The translations under genes and the position numbers were made by a program. Under the pieces are notes generated by a model. The model made no database searches, was not told the origin of the DNA, and worked only from the letters and a program-made list of their open reading frames with translations. Shown piece by piece: positions 15,912-23,784 of a stretch of DNA of 32,000 nt. The stretch's first letter is position 1; every line of letters begins with the position of its first letter. Origin of the DNA: Candidatus Saccharimonadota bacterium (lineage in GTDB: Archaea; Nanohalarchaeota; Nanosalinia; Nanosalinales; Nanosalinaceae); the NCBI GenBank assembly GCA_001761425.1, contig CP012986.1:630001-662000 (forward strand). Reading direction: 5' to 3'.

Positions 15912-16271
15912 CTATTTTTCTTCAAGTCTGTCGGCAGTTTCTTCCATCTGTTCTGAAATACTTCTGAGCTGGTCGATGAAGGCCTCAGTCCTGGCCGAGT
16001 ATTCTTCTTCGATCTCTATGTCTCTCAAGGCTGCTCTAAGATGTGCTTCTTTGATCTTTGCCATCATTGCTCCTTCATCCATTGTCTCATCCACTATCTC
16101 ATCAAGCATCCTTGATAGAACAGTGTTGATTACGTGAGGTACGTCTCCGTCCAGTGTCTGGTCCTCATCCATTCTCTCACGGATAATCCTTCTGATCCTG
16201 CCCTCTGAAAGTGCAAGGTCATCATTTTCCATCGTGCCGTAATCTTCCGGTATAAGCTTCTCCAGGTTCAT
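15912..16271 (-). CDS. Hypothetical acidic protein, possibly histone-fold-like (DUF1931-like)
   Basis: LSEGRIRRIIRERM...VPHVINTVLSRMLDEIVDETMDEG...KIKEAHLRAALRDI follows the helix-loop-helix-loop-helix spacing of archaeal histone-fold proteins, but it lacks the classic RKT loop. The function call is weak. Confidence 0.35.
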   Translation of the reverse strand: MNLEKLIPEDYGTMENDDLALSEGRIRRIIRERMDEDQTLDGDVPHVINTVLSRMLDEIVDETMDEGAMMAKIKEAHLRAALRDIEIEEEYSARTEAFIDQLRSISEQMEETADRLEEK

Positions 16272-16440
16272 ATAACAGAGAATATCGGGGAAGTTACAAA
16301 AAGGTTACAGGGGAGGCCTTCCACAGGTTTTTTGATTGGGTTTAAACAGCCTGAGACCTTTGCCTATAACGTCTTGGCGGCCGCAAAATCCTTATATAGA
16401 GAGTTTGATCGCTAAACCGTGCTTCAGCAGCTTCTATGGA

Positions 16441-16725
16441 TTAATCTTTTTCTTCCGTGTTTTTGTCAGGCCTTTCTTCTGGTGCTTCGAAGTCTGCGAT
16501 TTTCTGGTCTTTTTCTGCTCTCTCTGCTTTTTCCAGGTCTTCGAATCCGTCTGCGAGGCCTTGTGTTGCTTCCATCATTTCGCCCATTTGCTGTTCCATC
16601 ATTCCTATTTGCTGGTTCATTTTGCGTTTGATGTAGTAGAGGGTTGCTCCGATTCCGATTATTACTCCGAGTGTGAATCCGGTGATAACGCTCAGTAGAT
16701 CCATAGGGTTTTTTGAGGCCTTCAA
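16441..16725 (-). CDS. Small single-pass membrane protein with an M/Q/E-rich acidic tail
   Basis: TM helix LLSVITGFTLGVIIGIGATLYYI followed by a charged tail. The start could instead be the internal Met (MDLL, about 16704). Confidence 0.5.
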   Translation of the reverse strand: MKASKNPMDLLSVITGFTLGVIIGIGATLYYIKRKMNQQIGMMEQQMGEMMEATQGLADGFEDLEKAERAEKDQKIADFEAPEERPDKNTEEKD

Positions 16726-16807
16726 GAATTAAAGGGTGATGCCTGTTTCCCGGAAATAAAGAAGAGGGTGGGAGAAGATGTTACCTGTGCGGGAGGCCTG
16801 AAGGTTT

Positions 16808-16999
16808 TTAAGCTCTCTTTCCTTCAGACTTCCATTCGTCCACGATATTCTGGCCTTTGGACGCAGAACTTGTGGAATCGTTGTCATTCACGTGTTCATT
16901 GGCTCTGTGAATTCCTTCCTGTGTGGTTGCGTCTTCCCCCTCAAAGACTTCACCGCAGTATGGACATTCCTTAGTTTCTTCCGTCATAGTCATATTCAT
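16808..16999 (-). CDS. Small C2H2-like zinc-finger protein (63 aa)
   Basis: CPYCGEVFEGEDATTQEGIHRANEH, i.e. C-x2-C-x15-H-x4-H. Confidence 0.5.
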   Translation of the reverse strand: MNMTMTEETKECPYCGEVFEGEDATTQEGIHRANEHVNDNDSTSSASKGQNIVDEWKSEGKRA

Positions 17000-17109
17000 T
17001 ACCTTCTGATAACAAAATTAAATAGGTTTCGGTTTTTTCCCTCACTGGATAACATGTGAGAGAACGTAACATTCTTTCAGTTGGACAACTGTTAAAAATG
17101 TGGTGGAGA

Positions 17110-18222
17110 TCAACCGAGGAGGCCTTCATCTACCAGGTCTTGTTCGGTCCTGTTTCCAGAATCCGTACCTGTTGATTCCTCGTTCTCTGTTTCCGGGTAG
17201 GCCTCATTTTTTGGTTCGCACCCTTTGTTTTCCACGCTATGTTGTTTGTCGTCCACGAGTATGTCTGTCTGGATCTGGATGATACATTCCATTCCTCCTG
17301 CCGGGGCCTTGAACTCTTCGCCTTCGACGTTAAAGATTAGCTGTGCGTCTATCTCAGCTTCTGTGTATTCTCTGTTTCTCACGTGAGTTTCCAGCCAGTC
17401 ATCCATCCTCTGGTTCTTCAGGCCTACCCTGAAACGCAGTTCCTCGGTCTCTCCAGGTGCTATCATTCCTTCCTCGGCTAGCTCAGTCAGTGGCTCCGAG
17501 TTGGCTGTCCAGTTTGCTACGGTAACGTTGTTCAGATCAGCTCTGCCTCCGAAACTCGGTGTCGGAATCGGATAGCTGTTAGGATTATGCACCTTCATAT
17601 CCATCAGGACCTCGGATTCCTGCTCAGATATATCACCCCATGAGGCCTTGAAGTCCCTGACCTCTATCTCAGGCCTTATCTCTACAGAGAGACCGGATCT
17701 TGTGGTCTCGATACCTGGGCCTGTGTAGGATCCTTCTATACTTTCTAGGCTGTTCTCTATACGTGATGAGATATTTGTGCTTATCTCTTTTGAAAAGGCT
17801 TCTACGCTGAAGCTGGTTACAGGAGTATTTATCTCGACAGGTACTGAAACTGTGGAGTTTTCTCCGTTTTCAAGGTGGCTTACCCACCAGTCCGGTATTC
17901 TGCCCTGCCTAAGCTCTGTCTCAAGAGTCTTCGTATTATTCCCGGATTCAATGCTTACCTCATCGACCTTTCCCTCTGCCAGAGAGATATCGTTAATCTC
18001 TGCTTCATATCCTACGTCGATAAAGCCGACGGAAAGGCCTAAGGAGTTAGGATTGTGGATCCAGGCCTCTGAAACCACTTTAATACTATCGTCTGAGATA
18101 TTCTCCCAGTCTCCCATGTCAACGATTCCAAAGGAAGGTTTCTCAAAGTTCATAGCCATGTAGCCGGCTCCTCCGGCAAAAATCATTGTGGCTGCGAGGC
18201 CTGCGATCAGTAGATTATTCAT
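17110..18222 (-). CDS. Membrane-anchored protein with repeated LEA_2 (LEA14/WHy-like) domains
   Basis: N-terminal TM helix. Recurring beta-sandwich signatures WIHNPNSLGL and KVHNPNSYPIP (the NPN motif of LEA_2), plus a third degenerate repeat. Confidence 0.55.
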   Translation of the reverse strand: MNNLLIAGLAATMIFAGGAGYMAMNFEKPSFGIVDMGDWENISDDSIKVVSEAWIHNPNSLGLSVGFIDVGYEAEINDISLAEGKVDEVSIESGNNTKTLETELRQGRIPDWWVSHLENGENSTVSVPVEINTPVTSFSVEAFSKEISTNISSRIENSLESIEGSYTGPGIETTRSGLSVEIRPEIEVRDFKASWGDISEQESEVLMDMKVHNPNSYPIPTPSFGGRADLNNVTVANWTANSEPLTELAEEGMIAPGETEELRFRVGLKNQRMDDWLETHVRNREYTEAEIDAQLIFNVEGEEFKAPAGGMECIIQIQTDILVDDKQHSVENKGCEPKNEAYPETENEESTGTDSGNRTEQDLVDEGLLG

Positions 18223-18451
18223 ATTTCAGTAGATGTGCTGTAACGGTTAAATTAGTTTGTAACCGGGGTACTTGAAGATTTCTACTTCTTCTGAAACGTG
18301 TTTAAATCCTTTTGGAAGCCGGTGTCCTGTAAAGGATAGGCCTTGAATGGTGAAAGCTTTTGTTCAGAGAATGTATGAGCCAAGGATGCAGTAACACGAC
18401 TTTTTTCGGTTTATGCAATGAATGCACAGGCCAGCGTGTGGAAAAAGAGGA

Positions 18452-18556
18452 TTAAGGATCGGAACAGTCCCTGATCATCCCGCAGTTGAAGCATTTCAGT
18501 TCGCAGGCGACGAATTCTGTCATCTCTTCTCCGCAGTTCCAGCATTTTGTCTCCAT
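18452..18556 (-). CDS. Unannotated 34-aa Cys-rich zinc-ribbon micro-protein immediately downstream of the ferredoxin gene
   Basis: The reverse complement reads ATG...TAA = METKCWNCGEEMTEFVACELKCFNCGMIRDCSDP, with two CxxC pairs and three further Cys. It starts 6 nt after the ferredoxin stop and is below the ORF-track length cut-off. Confidence 0.45.
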   Translation of the reverse strand: METKCWNCGEEMTEFVACELKCFNCGMIRDCSDP

Positions 18557-18562
18557 AGTTTT

Positions 18563-18868
18563 TCAGTACCATTGTGGTTCCGAGATTTTGATGTCTCCAT
18601 GGACAGTGGTCTGGCAGGAAAGCCTGAAAGGGCCTTCAAGTTTTTCCTCGCCCTTGAAACGTCGGATAGTGTTTTTCTCGTCTTCCTGCATATCCGAAAG
18701 ATTATCCATGCCCTCTTCGACCTTTACACGGCATGTAGTGCAGTTACAGAAGCCTCCGCAGGCATGCATCCATTCGACACCGCCCTCAAGCAAAGCATTC
18801 AGAACTGTCTGACCCTCCTCTGCCTCTACCTCTGCATCTCTATCTATGATCTCAATTTTATGCGTCAT
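18563..18868 (-). CDS. 2Fe-2S ferredoxin (adrenodoxin/vertebrate-type pattern)
   Basis: MTHKIEIIDRD...ACGGFCNCTTCRV (C-x5-C-x2-C) and the distal RLSCQ cysteine. I prefer Met at 18868 over the track start 18916, whose extension is hydrophobic junk. Confidence 0.8.
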   Translation of the reverse strand: MTHKIEIIDRDAEVEAEEGQTVLNALLEGGVEWMHACGGFCNCTTCRVKVEEGMDNLSDMQEDEKNTIRRFKGEEKLEGPFRLSCQTTVHGDIKISEPQWY

Positions 18869-18938
18869 AACTGGAAAAGGCCTCTGAAAATACAAAAACA
18901 AACCGGAAAAAACCAAAAAAATTTGAAGAGGGAAGGCC

Positions 18939-20147
18939 TTAGATCGCTGTCGCTACTGAGAGCAGGATTGTACCTATGAGGAGCAGCATTCCAAGGATTG
19001 AGAAGTAGTTGAAGGCCTTGACTCCGTTTTCACCAGTGTATTTGTCTACGAGGCCTCCTATGATCTGTCCTCCGTCAAGTGGTTTGAACGGAAGCATGTT
19101 GACCAGGCCGATCCCTATGTTGAGGATTGCAACTGTTTCGAACAGTGAGAGGAACCAGTTCAGGATTCCTGAGTACGGCTGGTACTGATCTGTCAGCTGT
19201 GTTCCCTGTCCGAATCTTATGCCTATATAGCCGTCCCCGTCTTTCTCTGTTGCGTTTACGGTACGGACTCCTTCGCTTGTGTTCAGCGTGACCTGATCTC
19301 CAGGCCTTATGTTGCTTGCTATCTCTTTAAGCTGGCTCTGTGAGTTTATGCTTTTGCCGTTTATGCTGTAAACTGTTCCGTTGTTGAGGCCTGCCTGGGC
19401 TGCAGGATAACCGTCTTCAGCGACGTAGACAACATCTCCAGGTTCTGCTACCGCGCCCAGGATTGCTGTGGAAAGCAGTATGAAAACTATTGCTGTCAAG
19501 TAGTTCGCGAAGCTTCCGGCTCCGAGAACCTTTATGCGAGAGGTCAGACTTCCCTGATCCCACATCCCGGTGCTTTCCTCTTCTCCGTCGTTTTCATCTT
19601 TCTGCATGTGCTTTTCGTCATCGTTTGGAAGCATCTTCTCTCCCTTGGGCTCGACAAAGGCACCGGGGAAAATACCCAGTACGATCCAGCCAACAGAGTT
19701 GATCTCAAAGCCCTCGCTCCGGGCGACGATTCCATGACTTAACTCGTGTACAGTCATTAAAACCCCGATTGAGATGATCCAGTACTCGACAGGGATGAAG
19801 GATACACCTGGCTGGAAACTGCTCTCAGCTACAAGGCCTGGAAGAACGGCTGAAAGACCGCTTTCTTTTATTGAACCAGCTTGGAAAACACCTATGTACT
19901 GTGTCCCGATATAGTAACTGGCCAGCGCAATGGAGATCACTCCTGAAACCGCTGCACCCCAGCCATAGGCCTTCCAGAACCTTGGTAAACGTTTCTGTAT
20001 TGCGTCAATCTTATCTATACCGCTTTTCGTCCTGCGGTAGAAAAGTATAGAACTTCTCTGAATTTTGTTTCTGTCCTTGTACAGGAAAACTGTCAGGCCT
20101 GCGAGGAAAACAACTAGAAAAATCAGCTGCGGATCAGGTTCTAACAT
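18939..20147 (-). CDS. Site-2 protease (M50 family) with a PDZ domain
   Basis: HELSHG zinc motif in a TM helix, second motif NMLPFKPLDGG, and a PDZ-like insert (AAQAGLNNGTVYSINGKSI). Confidence 0.85.
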   Translation of the reverse strand: MLEPDPQLIFLVVFLAGLTVFLYKDRNKIQRSSILFYRRTKSGIDKIDAIQKRLPRFWKAYGWGAAVSGVISIALASYYIGTQYIGVFQAGSIKESGLSAVLPGLVAESSFQPGVSFIPVEYWIISIGVLMTVHELSHGIVARSEGFEINSVGWIVLGIFPGAFVEPKGEKMLPNDDEKHMQKDENDGEEESTGMWDQGSLTSRIKVLGAGSFANYLTAIVFILLSTAILGAVAEPGDVVYVAEDGYPAAQAGLNNGTVYSINGKSINSQSQLKEIASNIRPGDQVTLNTSEGVRTVNATEKDGDGYIGIRFGQGTQLTDQYQPYSGILNWFLSLFETVAILNIGIGLVNMLPFKPLDGGQIIGGLVDKYTGENGVKAFNYFSILGMLLLIGTILLSVATAI

Positions 20148-20283
20148 ACTTGGTAAACGAAGGCCTGAAGTTTATAATTAAATTCTTTCACCACGAACTT
20201 TCGGCCATGAGCAATCAACAGTCTCTATTCTGGACCCGGGAACTCAGGAAGTTTTCTACAGGCAAAAAAGCTGGTGAGAGCAG

Positions 20284-21894
20284 ATGACTGATCAGGAGCA
20301 ACCTTTGTTCTGGTCGGATCAGCTGGCTTTTGGAGTGAAGAGAAAATTTGATGACAGGGATACGTATGTCTGTGCCTCGGGGATCAGTCCCTCTGGCTTT
20401 GTCCACATCGGGAATTTCAGGGAGATAATAACCACAGATTTCGTTGTAAAAAGTCTCAAGCACTATGACGAGGACACACGTTTTATCTACTCATGGGACG
20501 ACTACGACAGGTTCAGAAAAGTACCGGAAAACGTGCCAGAAGAATTTGAAAAGTACATAGGCCTTCCACTGTCTGAAGTACCGGATCCTGAAGGCTGTCA
20601 CGGTAGTTACGCCGAACACTTTGAGAAAAAGCTGGAAGACGAGCTTGACGACATGCATATGGATATAGAGTTCATCAGGCAGTCCGAAATGTTCCAGGAC
20701 GGAGAGTACGCAGACCTTATCAAGAAAGCAATGAACAGCAGAGATACGATAAGAAGGATACTTAACCAGTACAGGCAGGAACCGCGTCCAGAAGGATGGT
20801 ATCCGCTCCAAATTTACTGCGTAGAGTGTGGAAAAGATTTCACAGAGATCAAGGCCTATGACGGCGAATATACGGTAGAATATTACTGTGAAGAATGCGG
20901 TAAGGAATTTGAAATCAATTTCAAGGAAAATGACTCTGTGAAACCGCCTTGGAGAGTTGACTGGCCGATGAGATGGTTTTACGAAAATGTCTCGTTCGAA
21001 CCCGGAGGAAAAGATCATTCAGCAGCAGGATCTTCAAGAGACACTGGTAAAGAGATAGTAGAGGAAGTCTACGGTGCTGAGGCCCCGGTCTACCAGATGT
21101 ATGACTTTGTAAGGCCTAAAGGAAGCGACAAGAAAATCTCATCTAGCTCCGGTGAGAATACTTTGCGTCTGAAGGATATGAAAGAGGTCTACAGTCCTGA
21201 AATGATCCGTTTCCTGTTCTCCCAGACGAAACCGAAGACAGTCTTTAACCTTGCATTCGACGAGGAGATCATCCAGATCTACGACCGTTTTGACAGGATA
21301 GAACAGAACTACTATGGTGAAGGCCTCGATAACGAGAAGAAACAGAGGCATCAGGAAAGAGTTTACGAACTTGCGATGGTCAAGGTACCTCAGGAAAAGC
21401 CTCTCAGAGTTCCTTTCAAGCATGCGTCACTGATAGCCCAGACAGTACCTGAAGACGAATGGAGTGAGAAAGGCCTTCAAGTGCTTCAGAAGACCGGTCA
21501 TCTTCCAGAAGAGATCTCCGAGGACGGAAAACAGCAGGTCCTGGACAGGATGAGACGTGCGAAAAACTGGGCAAGAGAGTATGCTCCAGAGGATTACAGA
21601 TTCGAGATAAACTACGAACTTCCTCAGGAGATAGTTGAAAACTTTTCTGATAACCAGGTCAAGGCCTTACAGCTTTTGAAGGAGCTACTGGAGGAAGAAG
21701 AATTTAACGGCTCTGAGGAACTTGACGGAGAGATTTTTGCAGTTAAGGATGATTCAGAGCTTGGTACAGTCAAGTTTTTCGATACTGCGTACCAGGTACT
21801 GCTGTCTAGAGAACAGGGGCCGAGACTGTCAACGCTTATCCTTTCAATTGGACAAAGTGAAACCGTTAAGATACTTGAACAGGTGAAACAGTGA
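20284..21894 (+). CDS. lysK: Lysyl-tRNA synthetase, class I (archaeal type)
   Basis: SGISPSGFVHIGNFREI (the HIGN variant of HIGH typical of LysRS-I), a zinc-binding CVECG...CEECG insert and a KISSSSG (KMSKS-like) loop. 536 aa. Confidence 0.85.
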   Translation: MTDQEQPLFWSDQLAFGVKRKFDDRDTYVCASGISPSGFVHIGNFREIITTDFVVKSLKHYDEDTRFIYSWDDYDRFRKVPENVPEEFEKYIGLPLSEVPDPEGCHGSYAEHFEKKLEDELDDMHMDIEFIRQSEMFQDGEYADLIKKAMNSRDTIRRILNQYRQEPRPEGWYPLQIYCVECGKDFTEIKAYDGEYTVEYYCEECGKEFEINFKENDSVKPPWRVDWPMRWFYENVSFEPGGKDHSAAGSSRDTGKEIVEEVYGAEAPVYQMYDFVRPKGSDKKISSSSGENTLRLKDMKEVYSPEMIRFLFSQTKPKTVFNLAFDEEIIQIYDRFDRIEQNYYGEGLDNEKKQRHQERVYELAMVKVPQEKPLRVPFKHASLIAQTVPEDEWSEKGLQVLQKTGHLPEEISEDGKQQVLDRMRRAKNWAREYAPEDYRFEINYELPQEIVENFSDNQVKALQLLKELLEEEEFNGSEELDGEIFAVKDDSELGTVKFFDTAYQVLLSREQGPRLSTLILSIGQSETVKILEQVKQ

Positions 21895-22493
21895 GAGAGA
21901 AAGTCAAAGAAGGCTATGAAGAAGGAGACTATGAGGGAGACTATAGAGAAGGCAGAGATGTAAGAGAAAAGGAAAAAGAGCTTTTCGAAGGCCTTTTCAA
22001 TGAGATTTCTGGCCCTGAAGTTCTCGATCTTGGCTGTGGTACAGGCCTTCCATTTGACCAATACCTTGTAGACCAGGGATTTGAGGTTAAAGGCCTTGAT
22101 ATCTCAGACAAGCACGTCAAAAAAGCCAGGGAAAATATTCCTGAAGCAGAGTTTTTCCAGGGAGATTTCTTCGAGAAAGAGTTTGGAGATAACAGTTTTG
22201 ACGCTGTAGTCAGTTTTTATGCTATCTTCCATATACCAAGGGAAGAACACGAAAAACTCTTCACTCAGATACGTGAATGGGTGAAAGATGACGGAGCTGT
22301 TCTGCTGACTCTGGGACCGGAAAAAATGGATGAACATCGTGGAGAAATCGGCGGTGAGGAGATGCTCTGGAGCTCTTACAGCCCAGAGAAAAACCTTGAA
22401 CTTCTAAAAGAATCAGGTTTCAAAATCCTGGAAACATACACTGAGGACTACAGGGAAGAAACCCATTTTTGGGTCCTAGCCCAACCCGAATAA
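21891..22493 (+). CDS. Class I SAM-dependent methyltransferase
   Basis: Motif I VLDLGCGTG and post-I D(I)S. The GTG start overlaps the lysK stop (GTGA). Confidence 0.8.
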   Translation: MREKVKEGYEEGDYEGDYREGRDVREKEKELFEGLFNEISGPEVLDLGCGTGLPFDQYLVDQGFEVKGLDISDKHVKKARENIPEAEFFQGDFFEKEFGDNSFDAVVSFYAIFHIPREEHEKLFTQIREWVKDDGAVLLTLGPEKMDEHRGEIGGEEMLWSSYSPEKNLELLKESGFKILETYTEDYREETHFWVLAQPE

Positions 22494-22496
22494 AAT

Positions 22497-23135
22497 ATGG
22501 AAACAAAAAAATTCAGAGACTTCAACTGGGGAGCGATCAAGCTCTCAGCACTTTTATCCGTCGTATTCGGGATACAGGTATTCTACGACGTGGAACTGGC
22601 CTACAAGGCCTTTGAATCACCTCTCTGGAAGTTCTTCACCTCTTTCCTAGCACACGGAGGCCCTGAACACCTTTTCAACAACCTCTTCTTCATAGCGCTT
22701 TTCGGCTCTATCTACGAACTACATACCTCGGAAAAAGAACTATACAAGGCCTTCCTGGTATCAGCTGTATTCGCCAACTTCGCAGCATTTGTCTTCTTCC
22801 CGGACTCGTACATCATCGGTGCTTCAGGCGGAGCAATGGGAATACTCGCAGCTTTGACGGTTTACAGGCCTAATCAGACAGGCCTGGCTCTTGGCATCCC
22901 TGCTCCGATGTGGGCTGTCCTGATAATCTATATATTCATCAACTTCGCAGGTCTCACAGGAACAGCAGGCACTGCTTACGAAGCACATCTCCTGGGAATG
23001 GTTTCAGGTGCTTTCCTCGGTTACAGAATGCGTGAAAGGCCTCTGGTCCAGGGATCAGAGGATAATGAAGAGGAAGAGTTTTCTAACTGGGAGAGAAAGA
23101 TAAATAGATGGGAAGAAAAGTATATGGAGGATTAG
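22497..23135 (+). CDS. Rhomboid-family intramembrane serine protease
   Basis: HGGPEHLFNNLFF (H..HxxxN), GASGGAMG (GxSG catalytic Ser) and AHLLGMVSGAFLG (catalytic His). Starts 3 nt after the methyltransferase stop. Confidence 0.85.
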   Translation: METKKFRDFNWGAIKLSALLSVVFGIQVFYDVELAYKAFESPLWKFFTSFLAHGGPEHLFNNLFFIALFGSIYELHTSEKELYKAFLVSAVFANFAAFVFFPDSYIIGASGGAMGILAALTVYRPNQTGLALGIPAPMWAVLIIYIFINFAGLTGTAGTAYEAHLLGMVSGAFLGYRMRERPLVQGSEDNEEEEFSNWERKINRWEEKYMED

Positions 23136-23138
23136 AAG

Positions 23139-23759
23139 CTAGTTTAAAGGGTTGAAATCTCTCTCGTCCGAACTTCTTTCTTCCTCCTCTTTTTCGTCTT
23201 TCTGGAGGCCTTCAGTTTCTCCTTCGAGGAAGCTATCGACATCTTCCTCATCTATATCCTGTTCCTGGTTGTTTCTCTGGTTTCCTCTTTTTGAATTTCT
23301 CTCATTATTTCTCCTGGATCTCTGGTCCTGTCTGTTTCTATTTCTTCCTGGAGAGTTCTGCGAGCTGGCTCCCCCGGAGTTACTTGTTCTTTGTCTGGAG
23401 GTATTTTTTCCCTGGGATTTTGCTCTGGAGGATTTCTGATCACTGCCTTTCCTTTTTCTCTGTGAGGCCTTTCTGCTGCTTCCCGAGTTCTGTTTTTCTC
23501 TTTTTCCCTGTTTGTTCTGTCTCTGGCCTCTGCCTGAGTCTTTCCTTCTCTCCTGTTTCTGGTTGTTTCTCTGCTGTTTCTGGCCTTCCTGCTGGAGATT
23601 CTGTATGTACTGGTCTGTATCAAGACCTGCGTCTTCCAGGGCCTGGAGATGTTGCTGTAGCTGTGAGTTAACAATCTGTAGAAGTCTTGAAAGTTCTTTT
23701 TTCTCGTGCATAAGGGTTTCGACTGCGCCTTTATGTTTCCCTATCTGTTCGTCTTTCAT
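23139..23759 (-). CDS. Charge-block protein: N-terminal coiled coil, ~130-aa extremely basic R/K/Q/N/S low-complexity region, acidic tail
   Basis: QKQQRNNQKQERRKDSGRGQRQNKQGKREKQNSGSSRKASQRKRKGSDQKSSRAKSQGKNTSRQRT...RNRNRQDQRSRRNNERNSKRGNQRNNQEQ, then DIDEEDVDSFLEGETE...EEEERSSDE. The coding strand is strongly purine-rich over about 480 bp. Confidence 0.6.
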   Translation of the reverse strand: MKDEQIGKHKGAVETLMHEKKELSRLLQIVNSQLQQHLQALEDAGLDTDQYIQNLQQEGQKQQRNNQKQERRKDSGRGQRQNKQGKREKQNSGSSRKASQRKRKGSDQKSSRAKSQGKNTSRQRTSNSGGASSQNSPGRNRNRQDQRSRRNNERNSKRGNQRNNQEQDIDEEDVDSFLEGETEGLQKDEKEEEERSSDERDFNPLN

Positions 23760-23784
23760 ACCAATATTTTGTGCGCTGAATGGT

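Noticed and set aside
18422-18979. A 185-aa plus-strand ORF, and the nested ORF 18486..18812.
   Set aside because: It overlaps the well-supported minus-strand ferredoxin and the Cys-rich micro-ORF. It is hydrophobic or basic, with no motifs.
23160-23640. A ~480-bp polypyrimidine (plus-strand) tract, considered as an independent structural or H-DNA element.
   Set aside because: It is fully explained by the purine-rich codons (AGA, AAG, CAG, AAC, GAA) of the R/K/Q/N/E-rich protein on the minus strand.
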